Shown: positions 1 through 9,860 of the stretch, one piece after another
Layout of the letters: the number at the start of each line of letters is the position of its first letter
Numbering within the stretch: the first letter of the stretch is position 1
Source: Candidatus Heimdallarchaeota archaeon
GTDB taxonomy: Archaea > Asgardarchaeota > Heimdallarchaeia > Heimdallarchaeales > Heimdallarchaeaceae
Length of the DNA: 32,000 nucleotides
Reading direction: 5' to 3'
Assembly: GCA_030668875.1 (NCBI GenBank)
Contig: DAOVER010000005.1
Location: 1 to 32,000 of the forward strand
Translations under genes and position numbers: made by a program
The notes under the pieces: generated by a model
Databases searched by the model: none
What the model saw: the letters and a program-made list of their open reading frames with translations, nothing else
Told to the model about the DNA's origin: nothing

Positions 1-141
1 ACCTCCGGCGCTATAAGGACTATTACAACTTCTTCCGCCCTCATCAAGGAATCAACCTCCAAACTCCAGGTGAAAGATTTATGAACCAATCTCCCAAAGA
101 TATCCTGCCCAAAAGTGTAACCGATCTTAGTTGAGTTAACA
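1..141 (+). mobile_element. Right end of an IS481-like insertion sequence (partial)
   Basis: Contains a transposase C-terminus. It ends in AAGTGTAACCGATCTTAGTTGAGTTAACA (113-141), which resembles IS481-family right ends (AAGTGTAACC...ACA-3'). The left end is outside the window, so the inverted repeat and target duplication cannot be checked. Confidence 0.7.
3..134 (+). CDS. Transposase, integrase-core (rve) C-terminal fragment, IS481/IS3-like (5' partial)
   Basis: Manual translation LRRYKDYYNFFRPHQGINLQTPGERFMNQSPKDILPKSVTDLS* carries the YNxxRPHxxL/I...TP motif of rve transposases. Not in the ORF track. Confidence 0.8.
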   Translation, partial: LRRYKDYYNFFRPHQGINLQTPGERFMNQSPKDILPKSVTDLS

Positions 142-148
142 CTACTTA

Positions 149-163
149 ACAAAAGATATAAAC
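149..163 (+). promoter_or_regulatory. Putative BRE/TATA box for the beta-helix gene
   Basis: ACAAAAGATATAAA lies about 35-45 nt upstream of ATG 196, with a GAGGT SD at 184-188. Confidence 0.4.
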
Positions 164-195
164 TCAAATAAACCCTTAGATTAGAGGTAAAAAAT

Positions 196-1787
196 ATGAA
201 ATTAAGAGGAACTTCTCTTAAAGCTTTGACTTCCTTTGTTCTTGTATTTTCAATAGTATTTTCTGTAAACATAAATGCAAACAATCTTGCAATAGAGAGT
301 CCAGTATCTGAATTCTATCCATTTACGATTACACACCTCACAACTGATTTTTCTTTTTCAGCCCCGCTTTTAATTGATTCCGATGATGATTTTCTAACTT
401 ATGCTTTTCAGGAACAGGTACACCTAGCGACCCATATGTCATTGAGGAGTATCTAATTGATACGGAACTGGATGTTGGGATACTCATTGTCAACACAACA
501 AAAAATTTCATAATTCAAAATTGTGATGTAAAATCTAACACTTTAAGCATCATGATTCAAAATGCTTCTTTCTCAAATTCCTTCATTCAAAACAACTATC
601 TTCACGATAGTGATTGGTATGGCGCATATATTTTTGATTGTGCTAATTTAACAGTTCAAAATAATATTTGTCTAAATACTGACATAGGTATTAGTATCTT
701 CATATCCACCAATATTACCGTTGTAAACAACACCTGTTCCCATGGTTTATGTGGGATCCTCTTTTCTTGGTCTAGTCTCTCAACTGTGAATAATAATGAA
801 TGCCATAATAATACACTATATGGTATCAGTATATCTTTTTCAGATTACGTCAATGTTAGTAAAAATAAGTTAGAAAAAAGTGGTAATGCGCTGAGTTTCT
901 ACAGTAGTGATTATGCCACAGTTATAAGCAATTATTGCAAGGAATCTATTCAAGGGATAAATTACTTCTACTCAACAGGTGGATTTATTGAAAATAATAC
1001 TTGGGTAAATTGTGATGTTGGTGCAGAGTTCAGTGGTATTGATGAATCTTATATAATAGACAATTATTGTTATTCTAATTACAAGGGACTTCGAATAGAT
1101 AATGCCCACTTTTCATACATAATCAATAATACTAGTAACAGAAATATATTGGATGGTGTGCGAATTACTAAATCTAGTTCTTCCATTTTTCAAAACAACA
1201 CTATTAAGGATAATGGTCGACATGGTATTTACATTAACAACCAAAATCACATGTTTGATCAGCCAATTGAAGTCATAAAAAATACTTGTAAGAATAACTC
1301 TTATGGTCTTCATTTGGAAGGAGTTGACTCTATTTTCATTTCAAATAACACTTGTGCTGACAATTTTTATGGGATGTATTTAGAAGACTCCAATTTTAAC
1401 ACAATCTCCTATAATGTAATTATAAGAAGTGCAGAATATGGTGTATCACTGGATGAATTGTCTACTTGGAATAAAATTCATCATAATGATTTTGTAGATA
1501 ACAACAAAAAGGGAACAGAATCTGGTAACTCGCAAGGTTATGATGATGGTTATAATAATAGATGGTATGATTCAACATCTAATGAGGGGAACTATTGGTC
1601 AAATAGCAAGAAAAATACAGAATATTTAATAGATGGAAGTGCTGAAAATTCTGATTCTTATCCTTTCGCTGACCCTCTTGCCTATGTTCCAACAGATGAC
1701 GCTCTCATGAGCTTCGCATTATTTCCTTTCTCACTTATTCTGATTATTTTGACCAAAAATGTCAAACGTAGACGAATAAAAAGATAG
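196..1787 (+). pseudogene. Secreted, membrane-anchored right-handed beta-helix (NosD/CASH-like) protein interrupted by one frameshift (true pseudogene or sequencing error)
   Basis: ORF 196-456 encodes a signal peptide and PLLIDSDDDF. The frame of ORF 552-1787 is open from 390 and reads SGTGTPSDPYVIEEY from 408, which continues the typical F-x-GxGT..DPYVIE N-terminal motif. One extra T in the T4 run at 405-408 gives about 530 aa with NN-x-C/GI repeats, GNYWSN and DSYP motifs, a C-terminal TM helix and a basic tail. Confidence 0.8.
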
Positions 1788-1819
1788 AACTAGAGAGGAA
1801 AAACGAGTAACTTAGAAGA

Positions 1820-1847
1820 TTTAATCAAGACAACGATTTTGATTAAG
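1820..1847. terminator. Hairpin between convergent genes, possible bidirectional terminator
   Basis: TTAATCAA (1821-1828) and TTGATTAA (1839-1846) form an inverted repeat in the convergent intergenic region. Confidence 0.35.
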
Positions 1848-1972
1848 AATATTGTAGGGTTACTTTACGACATCCCCTTTCAGAAGTGAGCTTAAGTACA
1901 TTTAGATATCCAAACTTCATTAGTATAGACTCAAATCTTACTTCTAAACATCATAAAATAGGTGAAGTAACT

Positions 1973-3196
1973 TCAATTGCTACTTTCCTTTTTATAAACT
2001 ATATTTCCATTAATTAATGTAATTTGATTTTCCGCATAGAAGTTTTTTAACGGGTGTTCTGTCCAAATAACTAAGTCCGCATCTTTTCCTGGTTCAATGC
2101 TTCCTATCCTATCTGCAACCTTGAGCATTTTAGCAGCATTAATTGTTACAGCTTTTAGAGCTTCATTTTCAGGAAGACCTTCCTTTATAGCCATACAAGG
2201 TAAAATTTGGAAGTATCTAAGTCGAGTAAAAGAATCGCTTTGAATTGATATTTGGACTCCAGCTTTCCAAAGAATAGCTGGTGTTTCAAATGTTATATTA
2301 CGTAATTCGACCTTTTCAAAACCAACTAATGAAGGACCAACGGAAATAGGGATGCCCTTCTTTGCAATATAATCTGCAGCCTTGTGACCTTCAGTGGCAT
2401 GAACAAGCATGAGATCTAAATTGAACTCTTCTGCTAGATGTATGCCATTTATTATATCATTTAATTGGTGACAATGAAGGTTCAATGGTATTTCTCTGTT
2501 TAATACTTTTACTAGAGCTTCTTTACCAAGATCACGTTCTGGTTCAGATGGCATTTTTTCTATATCATTAGTTTCTTCTGTTTTTTCTTTCTTTTTCTCA
2601 TATTCCTGCCATTTTTTAGCATAATTTTGAGCATCTACAAATGCTTTGCGAAAAACAGCTGCTGTTCCCATTCTTGTTGATGGCAGTTTCTTATCTGAAC
2701 CATAAACATTTTTTGGATTTTCACCTAGAGCAGCTTTCATCGATGAAGGAGTTTTTACAATCAAATCATCGACAATATTACTTTTACAATAAGTTTTGAT
2801 GATAGTATCTGTACCTCCAATTACATTCCCACTTCCTGGACCTGTTTGAATTGTGGTAACACCACCTATTCTAGCTTCAACTAACCCAGGATCTTCTGGG
2901 TTTATAGCATCTAATGCTCTGACATATGCAGTTGCTGGATCAGTCATCTCATTTCCATCGAAACCTGCCCAACCAACTGAACCATCAAAGAGTCCTTGAT
3001 GGGTATGAGTGTCAATAAAACCCGGTAGAACAACTTTCCCTTCTGCATCTATTACTTCATATCCCTCTGGAATCGGTACTGTTCCATCTGTTATTGATTC
3101 TATTTTTCCATCTTTAATTAGGATGGTTCCATTTTCTATGATTTCTTCATTTTCATTAACTGTAATTATTTTACCTTTAGTAATAGCGAATTTCAT
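1973..3196 (-). CDS. Metal-dependent amidohydrolase (imidazolonepropionase-like superfamily)
   Basis: N-terminal beta domain, PGFIDTHTH (HxH), MKAALGENPK (Lys), LHCH, VHATEG, QSD, and the C-terminal GSIEPGKDADLVIW motif. Confidence 0.9.
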   Translation of the reverse strand: MKFAITKGKIITVNENEEIIENGTILIKDGKIESITDGTVPIPEGYEVIDAEGKVVLPGFIDTHTHQGLFDGSVGWAGFDGNEMTDPATAYVRALDAINPEDPGLVEARIGGVTTIQTGPGSGNVIGGTDTIIKTYCKSNIVDDLIVKTPSSMKAALGENPKNVYGSDKKLPSTRMGTAAVFRKAFVDAQNYAKKWQEYEKKKEKTEETNDIEKMPSEPERDLGKEALVKVLNREIPLNLHCHQLNDIINGIHLAEEFNLDLMLVHATEGHKAADYIAKKGIPISVGPSLVGFEKVELRNITFETPAILWKAGVQISIQSDSFTRLRYFQILPCMAIKEGLPENEALKAVTINAAKMLKVADRIGSIEPGKDADLVIWTEHPLKNFYAENQITLINGNIVYKKESSN

Positions 3197-3379
3197 CTTA
3201 ATTACGTTTCATTCAAAGGAATTTTTAAACCTATTTGAAGGAAGATGAAATGTTTCATTACAAACCTTGAAAGTTGGAGAAATGACACATTGGATGGATA
3301 AAAAAAATTAGGTGATCAATTAATCCTCAAAGAGAGTAGGGTTTAAAAATTAAATTGTTTGTTTACCTATTGTGATTAA

Positions 3380-3715
3380 ATGACTATTGATTTAATTGAA
3401 CGACTAAAAGAATTCGGAAAAAAGATGAAAGACTGGGACAAAATGAAAACAAGTGTTGTTGGTGTTTCTATTGTTAAACTCCCCACAAAAGGAGAGGATC
3501 TCAACTTTGGATTAGAGCTGATACCAGTTAATGAAGATGGTGCTCCATTAAAGAGAAAGGGAGTGTTCATCACCTCGCTAGAACAGTGGGAATCATTCAA
3601 ATCGTTACTTAATAACGAAAAAGCACATGATCTTATAAAAAACATCGATGGGATGAGAAAGCAAAAAGCATTCACAAGTGCATCTGAAAATAATGGAGAA
3701 GTATTAGAACTATAA
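3380..3715 (+). CDS. Conserved archaeal hypothetical protein
   Basis: W-x-K-x-K-T-S-V-x-G-V-x-I-V-K-L-P...E-L-x-P-V...G-x-P-x-K-R-K-G pattern recalls an uncharacterised archaeal family (from memory, no accession asserted). First gene of the glmU run. Confidence 0.7.
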   Translation: MTIDLIERLKEFGKKMKDWDKMKTSVVGVSIVKLPTKGEDLNFGLELIPVNEDGAPLKRKGVFITSLEQWESFKSLLNNEKAHDLIKNIDGMRKQKAFTSASENNGEVLEL

Positions 3716-3737
3716 ACTCTTTTGAGAGGTTACTTAT

Positions 3738-5039
3738 ATGAAAGCCATCCTTTTAGCAGCTGGTGAGGGATTAAGATTAAGACCTTTAACTGAAAATGTT
3801 CCCAAACCTTTATTGAAAATTCTTGATAAAACAATTCTCGAGAGATCAATCAACAACTTATCAAAATGTGGTGTTGAAGGTTTTGTCATTATTACCAATT
3901 ATAAAGAAGAAAAAATCAAAGAACACATTCTTGATAAGTTTCCCTCTTTTAATATTGTTTTTGTACATCAGCCAGAAATAAAAGGTACTGGCAATGCTTT
4001 TCTTTTAGCTAAGAATCATATTCAAGAGGAATTTTTCATAGGTGTTAATGGAGATTGTGTATACTCAATTTCCTTAATAAAGCAGACAGTTGAAGCTGCA
4101 AAAAACAGCACCGTTTCTGTTGGAGGGAAACTAGTATCTGATCCTGAAAATTATGGGGTTATTTTAATTGATGATAATTCTAGCCCTCATGAAATAAAAG
4201 AAAAACCTGCAAAAACAGAAATAAAGGAAGGTTATGCAAATATTGGTTTGTATTCAATAAGTAAGGATATTTTTCCAATTCTAGAAAAGATAGAAGAAAA
4301 AGGAGAAGTTTCTCCACGTGGTGAGTATGAATTACCAGATGCCTTAAACAGAATTCTTAGTGAGAAAAAATATCCAGTTGACCTTGTAACACTTGATGAA
4401 AATGATTACTGGTTCGACATAGGACGGCCTTGGTCACTCCTTGAAGCGAATAAGGCCTTATTGGACATAATTGTAGATGAGCGAAATGGGAAAATTGAGG
4501 ATGGAGTTCATATTAAAGGAAAGGTAGTCATCAAAAAGGGTGCCATAATAAAAAGTGGAACCTATATTGAAGGACCGGTATTTATTGATGAAGAAGCAGT
4601 TGTAGGACCAAATTGTTATATTAGAGGTCATACCTATTTGGGGAAAAAGTCTAAGGCAGGTAACGCTTGTGAGATAAAAAATTCAATAATAGGAGACAAT
4701 ACTCATGTAGCTCATCTTTCTTATGTGGGGGATACTATTATTGGAGAAAACTGTAATTTTGGTGCAGGAACAAAAACCGCAAATTTGCGTTTGGATAAGC
4801 AGTCAATACCCGTTAATGTAAAGGGAAAGAGAGAGGATAGTGGGAGAAGAAAACTAGGAGTGTTTATTGGAGATAATGTTGAAACAGGTATTGGGGCCTT
4901 AATTATGCCTGGAATTAAAATTGGAGGCAGTTCTTGGATAGGATCAGGAACAATAGTTAATGAAGATGTTCCATCGGAATCAACATATTTTGGAACTCAA
5001 TCATATACTCTAAAAAGGAAAAAAACCGATGCTAATTAA
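3738..5039 (+). CDS. glmU: Archaeal bifunctional sugar-1-phosphate nucleotidylyltransferase/acetyltransferase (GlmU-like)
   Basis: LAAGEGLRLRPLT...PKPLL nucleotidyltransferase motif, EKP, W-F-D-I-G-R-P-W, and a C-terminal hexapeptide left-handed beta-helix (AHLSYVGDTIIGENCNFGAGT). Confidence 0.9.
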   Translation: MKAILLAAGEGLRLRPLTENVPKPLLKILDKTILERSINNLSKCGVEGFVIITNYKEEKIKEHILDKFPSFNIVFVHQPEIKGTGNAFLLAKNHIQEEFFIGVNGDCVYSISLIKQTVEAAKNSTVSVGGKLVSDPENYGVILIDDNSSPHEIKEKPAKTEIKEGYANIGLYSISKDIFPILEKIEEKGEVSPRGEYELPDALNRILSEKKYPVDLVTLDENDYWFDIGRPWSLLEANKALLDIIVDERNGKIEDGVHIKGKVVIKKGAIIKSGTYIEGPVFIDEEAVVGPNCYIRGHTYLGKKSKAGNACEIKNSIIGDNTHVAHLSYVGDTIIGENCNFGAGTKTANLRLDKQSIPVNVKGKREDSGRRKLGVFIGDNVETGIGALIMPGIKIGGSSWIGSGTIVNEDVPSESTYFGTQSYTLKRKKTDAN

Positions 5040-6639
5040 AGAGCAAAATGCTATTAAGAAGAAGTGGTCGCCAGATAGAATATCGATAGGTTTAATCTAC
5101 CCAAATACCTATCGAGTCGCTATGACCAGCTTGGGTATGCAATTACTTTATTTCCTTTTTAACAGCTGGGAAAATTTTGCTTGTGAAAGAATTTTCAAAC
5201 CACTTGATTCAAAAGTTCTCCCTTATTCCTTAGAAAATCAAAAAAAACTTTCTGATTTTGATATTTTGGCAATTTCATGTCAATTTGAACACGATTATTT
5301 AGAAGCCATAGCACTATTACATAGAGGTGGAATCAATCCTGATGTCAGAAAACGGGATGAACACACACCCCTTATTTTGATTGGAGGACCATCCCCTACT
5401 TCTAATCCATTTCCCGTGCTCTTTACCCCAGATGTCTTTTTCCTTGGAGATATAGAACCTGTTGCTAATGAGATAAGATTAGCTCTAGAAAAGGAAACAA
5501 AGAAGGAGAAAATAGAAGCTCTTTCCAATGTTCCTGGATGCATGATATTCAACTATCATTATAATGAAACTGGTGAATGGATTGGAAAAAAGGTTCAAAG
5601 CATCCGAACAAAGAATCTTTCTGATTCTTTCTATCCGATAAAACAAATAATACCTGATAATGTCAAAGGTACAAAAAATGAACCAATCTTTGGAAAGGCC
5701 TATTATCTAGAAACAGATAGAGGCTGTTCTGAGCGATGCCTTTTCTGTTTTGTTGGACATTGTCGCTTTCCACGCAAAGAAAGAAGTCTTGAACGATTAA
5801 CGGATATTATTGAGCAAGCAAGTGAAGTAAACGATTTTGAGAAAGTTGTCCTGTATGGTAGCGCTGTTGCTCAATCTGGCATTCTTGATAAACTTATAGA
5901 ATTCATTGTTTCCAAGGGATATGAGGTCTCATGTGCCTCAATTCGAGCAGATTATCTCACAGAGGATCTACTCTTGAATATGCGAAAAGGTAAACAAAGG
6001 ACATTGTCTCTTGCTCCAGAAACTGGGGATGAAAATCAACGATTCGCTATAAACAAACGAATGTCTGATAAAACCATTTATTCTGCATTAAAACTTGCTT
6101 GGGATGTTGGGTTCAGGCGACTCAAGTTATACATGATGTATGGGTTTCCTTCAGAAAAAGAAGATGTAAAACACAAATCTTATGAATTTGTTAAAAAGAT
6201 CCGAGAAAAATATTTTCCAACGGGTCGTATCTCGATATCAATGAATCAATTCATAACAAAAGCGAATACACCTTTTCAATTTGTTCCCATGCTTGGAATT
6301 AGGGATTCCAAAAATCAGCAGAAATGGTATAAATCGAATTTGTATCAACTCAAAAATATTGAAGCATCTTTCTATGCTCCTGAATGGGCGGTCATACAGC
6401 GGATACTATCTTTAAGTGATCACAGCTACTTTCCAATTATAAATCAAGTTTCTTTAATGGGAAATAAAATTGGCAATTGGAAGCGAGTACTCAAAAATAG
6501 TGGGAGTAATTTAGATAATGAAGCAAGTAAAAGTTATGACATTAATACTATGTTTCCATGGGATAATATTACACAACCATTAGAGAAGAAATATCTTATA
6601 AAATCATATCAAAGATATCTTGCAAAGATGGAACTTTAG
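5029..6639 (+). CDS. Radical SAM protein with N-terminal B12-binding-like domain (YgiQ/TIGR03960-like)
   Basis: IYPNTYRVAMTSLG N-terminus, ETDRGCSERCLFC (CxxxCxxC), LAPETG and LKLYMMYGFP motifs. Overlaps glmU by 11 nt. Confidence 0.85.
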   Translation: MLIKEQNAIKKKWSPDRISIGLIYPNTYRVAMTSLGMQLLYFLFNSWENFACERIFKPLDSKVLPYSLENQKKLSDFDILAISCQFEHDYLEAIALLHRGGINPDVRKRDEHTPLILIGGPSPTSNPFPVLFTPDVFFLGDIEPVANEIRLALEKETKKEKIEALSNVPGCMIFNYHYNETGEWIGKKVQSIRTKNLSDSFYPIKQIIPDNVKGTKNEPIFGKAYYLETDRGCSERCLFCFVGHCRFPRKERSLERLTDIIEQASEVNDFEKVVLYGSAVAQSGILDKLIEFIVSKGYEVSCASIRADYLTEDLLLNMRKGKQRTLSLAPETGDENQRFAINKRMSDKTIYSALKLAWDVGFRRLKLYMMYGFPSEKEDVKHKSYEFVKKIREKYFPTGRISISMNQFITKANTPFQFVPMLGIRDSKNQQKWYKSNLYQLKNIEASFYAPEWAVIQRILSLSDHSYFPIINQVSLMGNKIGNWKRVLKNSGSNLDNEASKSYDINTMFPWDNITQPLEKKYLIKSYQRYLAKMEL

Positions 6640-7139
6640 TTTTAGAATAAAAAGTAAAACAGATGTGTTTAGATATTGCCTTTGATAATACGTATTTTTC
6701 TAATTTTTATTCATATTGAGCAAAAAAATAAACGAGGTCTTATATAAAATATTGCAAACTAGTAGGGAGTTAGTCATTTTTTATATAAAGGATTATTCTT
6801 GGTTTTAAGGCATAACAAGCTAGATTTAACGAGGAGATAATACTTGAAATAATAAAATTGCATTTTTTAATTGTACGCATGTTTACGATTATTGAGAAAA
6901 CAAAAAAAAATCTCAAAAAAAATTGTGTCCCATAGGGAGGTTTCTATCATGTTTAGGAGAGATAGTGCAAGAAAATAAACAGATGTATTTGGAAAAGATT
7001 TTTTTTGTAATTTTTCCGTAAAATCTTTAGAGACTCTAAATAAGGCGAATAATGTAAGGATTCGTCTCATTTTTCCAATATCAATTTCAAATAAGTTTAA
7101 AAGGAGAATCTTTCGAGTTTTAAATAATTATCAAAGGAA

Positions 7140-7394
7140 ATGATGATTGTGGCTATAGCACTTGAAAACATAAAAATTAATCAAAAACTTATAATTGGCT
7201 TACCGCCTAGTGCGATTACGATCTTTAAAATTGTTACCGGAAGTGGACCGATAACCAGCAGAGAAATTGTTGATATGTGCAATTTAGCTCCACGAACTGT
7301 TCGACACGGTTTGAAACTTCTAGTTCGAGCAGGGTTAATACAAAAAATACCACATCTTCTTGATATGCGTTCCTGTAAATTTTATGTAGATTGA
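7140..7394 (+). CDS. Small winged-helix (MarR/TrmB-like) DNA-binding protein
   Basis: LPPSA...GPITSREI...LAPRTVRHGLKLL...GLI...DMR wHTH pattern. Start codon uncertain. Confidence 0.8.
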   Translation: MMIVAIALENIKINQKLIIGLPPSAITIFKIVTGSGPITSREIVDMCNLAPRTVRHGLKLLVRAGLIQKIPHLLDMRSCKFYVD

Positions 7395-7429
7395 TTATCT
7401 ACAATCTTTTTATTCTTAAAAAAAGAAGA

Positions 7430-9730
7430 TTAAAGTTCCACATCACTACTGTGGAACAGAACATCACGATTTATAGCAGATTTGAAAAGTTGTAAAAGCA
7501 AATCATTTGTAGTGCGAATTGCTATAGGCACTTCATCAGCTGTTAGGAATGCAAATACAGCTTCATTGTTTCCGTCAAGGATTGCACAATAAACATCCTT
7601 TTTGTCATAATGTTTAAGTTTTAATCCAGGGAATCTTTCAGCTAAAGGTCGAAGTAAGTTTTGATGTCTATTCTTATCAAAATATGATACTAGGTTAATT
7701 CTTTGAGCTTTTGTGTATTGCATCATTTCTTTCAGTAGCTCCTCATCAACATCTGGTGTAACAAGTAAAAGTTCATACTTGGAACGCATTGCAATATCAG
7801 TGATACTCGCCTTTATAGCTTCTTCACCCACAATTATAGAGGTATTGTGTTGTCCCTCAAAGGAGTAAGAAGAAGCAGATCTATCTATTTGTCTAAGTTC
7901 ATCCTCTCTTGTATTAATAACTTGGTAGAAGGTCATAGTTCTTGCTATGACAGAATCGAGTTGAGAGATAAGGATATCATCAATATCTTTTACAACAGAA
8001 GCAACTTGAGAGATCAGTGTGTTAATCTGTATTTCTTCACCTTCAGTCACTTGTCGAATAATCTGTTCTTTTTGCTCTTCTTTGTTATCCTTAAGGTGTT
8101 GTTTCTTGTCGGTTAGATTTGCAGCTAACTCAGTTTGTTTAGTATTTTCTGTTTCCTGAAATTGTTCAACGGATGCACTTATCTTTTCTTTCAGGCCAAC
8201 AGCCATTTTCTCTGCATCTTGTCTGGATTTAGTTATTTCCTGAAGTGTATCAGACTGTAATTTTTGTATAACTTGATTACATTCAAGACTAAACTTGCGG
8301 ATTTCAGTCACGGCTTCTTCCCTTGATTTAATTATCTCATCAGTTGTTGTTTGCTTTAATTGCTCAGTAACATCGGCACAAGATTTGTATGAAGATTCCG
8401 CGTATTTTTCAGTTCCATTTTGAAGCAAGTCTAGTAGGTCACTAGGAAGTAAATCAATTTTTTCTATAGTTTCACTAGTAAGCTGATTCTTCTTTGTCCG
8501 TATAGTTGTTTCTCCTGTTAATTGGAAATGATCCATTTTTGACCGAATATTATCTCTTACATCGTTTAGGGCTAGAACGTGTTGATCTATTAATTGTAAA
8601 CCACTTTCATTTAGATCATTTGCTAGATTTCTAACAGTGTCTCTTGCATCTACTAGTGGGGACTCAATTTGCTTTCTAGCCTTTCCTAGTTTTAAGACAG
8701 TAGAAGCTTCAATTGAATTTAAAGATTCAGCAATTTTGGATGAAAGAAAATTAATTTGTCTATCGATTTGCTCAACACTTCTTCTTAGTTCTTGAGTCTG
8801 CTTAATCTGTTCAGAGAAGAGATTGTTTACCTCTTGAGAGATAGCATCTACCACCGTTTTAGATTCGTTTGTCCAAGATGCATAAGCTTCTTGCCAAATC
8901 GTATCATATTTATCCATAAATAACTCTTGGATATCTGTAACTCGATTAACAAGTTCTTTTAATTCACTATCCAAATCAGGGGCTAATTTTTCAAGAAAGT
9001 CTTTATGGTTATCAGTATGAGCATCAAGACTATTTGCAATCATTTGACTCAAGTTAGCAAATGTTTCTTTGGTTTGTTGTTCAACTGCTTCTGCTAATTG
9101 GTCACTTCTTTGTTTTGCAACATGGTTGAATTGTTTAACAAATGCATTTAATTCCTCTACGAAAGATTGTAATTGTGTTGAGAAAATTATAGGTTGATCC
9201 ATTATTTTGGTTAGATATCCTTCTACTGTTTCTTTATTATCTTTAACATACGCGGAAACGGATTCATGTAGTTCATCACTATGATCAACATATTTCTGAT
9301 AGAGAGCATCGACTACTTGCTTTATCAAACCACTTACAATGCGAATATCAAACACATTCCCTTCTCCAGTAAGTTCCAAGGTTCCTCCAAATTTGGCCTT
9401 TTTCTCCTTATAGTCTTCCTTTGCACCCTTTAAGGAATTAATTACACCGTCTATAGAATAGAGGGCGTCTTTTTCGACAACAATATACTCTTTCAAGAAT
9501 GGTAACATTCCGAAATATTCAGGTGTTCTACCAGATATTTTTTTCAGAAAGCCCAATTCCTCCAGATTCTTCACAGATTGAATTAGAGTAAGTGGGTCTA
9601 AACCTGTAACCACAAGTAGTTCGCCTATAGTAACTTTACCAAGCCCCAATGTTGCTGTATAGACCTTAATGTCAGTTTCACTAAAACCTATACGAGTCAA
9701 TAAAGGAGGTAAAATATCGATTTTGGACAT
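7430..9730 (-). CDS. TrmB-like regulator: N-terminal wHTH, ~540-aa helical/coiled-coil insert, C-terminal TrmB effector-like domain
   Basis: N-terminus IGFSETDIKVY...TIGEL...LEELGFL...PEYF matches the TrmB HTH pattern. C-terminus IIVGEEAIKASI.DI..RSKYELLLVTP...AILDGNNEAVF matches the TrmB/PLD-like effector fold. The middle is Q/E/K/L-rich and nearly free of Pro and Gly. Confidence 0.7.
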   Translation of the reverse strand: MSKIDILPPLLTRIGFSETDIKVYTATLGLGKVTIGELLVVTGLDPLTLIQSVKNLEELGFLKKISGRTPEYFGMLPFLKEYIVVEKDALYSIDGVINSLKGAKEDYKEKKAKFGGTLELTGEGNVFDIRIVSGLIKQVVDALYQKYVDHSDELHESVSAYVKDNKETVEGYLTKIMDQPIIFSTQLQSFVEELNAFVKQFNHVAKQRSDQLAEAVEQQTKETFANLSQMIANSLDAHTDNHKDFLEKLAPDLDSELKELVNRVTDIQELFMDKYDTIWQEAYASWTNESKTVVDAISQEVNNLFSEQIKQTQELRRSVEQIDRQINFLSSKIAESLNSIEASTVLKLGKARKQIESPLVDARDTVRNLANDLNESGLQLIDQHVLALNDVRDNIRSKMDHFQLTGETTIRTKKNQLTSETIEKIDLLPSDLLDLLQNGTEKYAESSYKSCADVTEQLKQTTTDEIIKSREEAVTEIRKFSLECNQVIQKLQSDTLQEITKSRQDAEKMAVGLKEKISASVEQFQETENTKQTELAANLTDKKQHLKDNKEEQKEQIIRQVTEGEEIQINTLISQVASVVKDIDDILISQLDSVIARTMTFYQVINTREDELRQIDRSASSYSFEGQHNTSIIVGEEAIKASITDIAMRSKYELLLVTPDVDEELLKEMMQYTKAQRINLVSYFDKNRHQNLLRPLAERFPGLKLKHYDKKDVYCAILDGNNEAVFAFLTADEVPIAIRTTNDLLLQLFKSAINRDVLFHSSDVEL

Positions 9731-9860
9731 ATCCTTCAGCCTACAATTTTTTTAATATTAATTACTAGGTAATTGTTTCCTAAATAAATTTTATTGCAAT
9801 ATAGACATAATTTGATTACCTTAAAAAGAATATACAAAAGGCAACAAAAAAGGCAACTGA

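Noticed and set aside
6949-6978. Micro-ORF MFRRDSARK behind a GGAGG SD
   Set aside because: Too short to distinguish from chance without Ribo-seq or conservation data.
6867-7070. 67-aa minus-strand ORF
   Set aside because: Phe/Leu-rich translation of AT-rich DNA with no motif or clear SD; cannot be supported.
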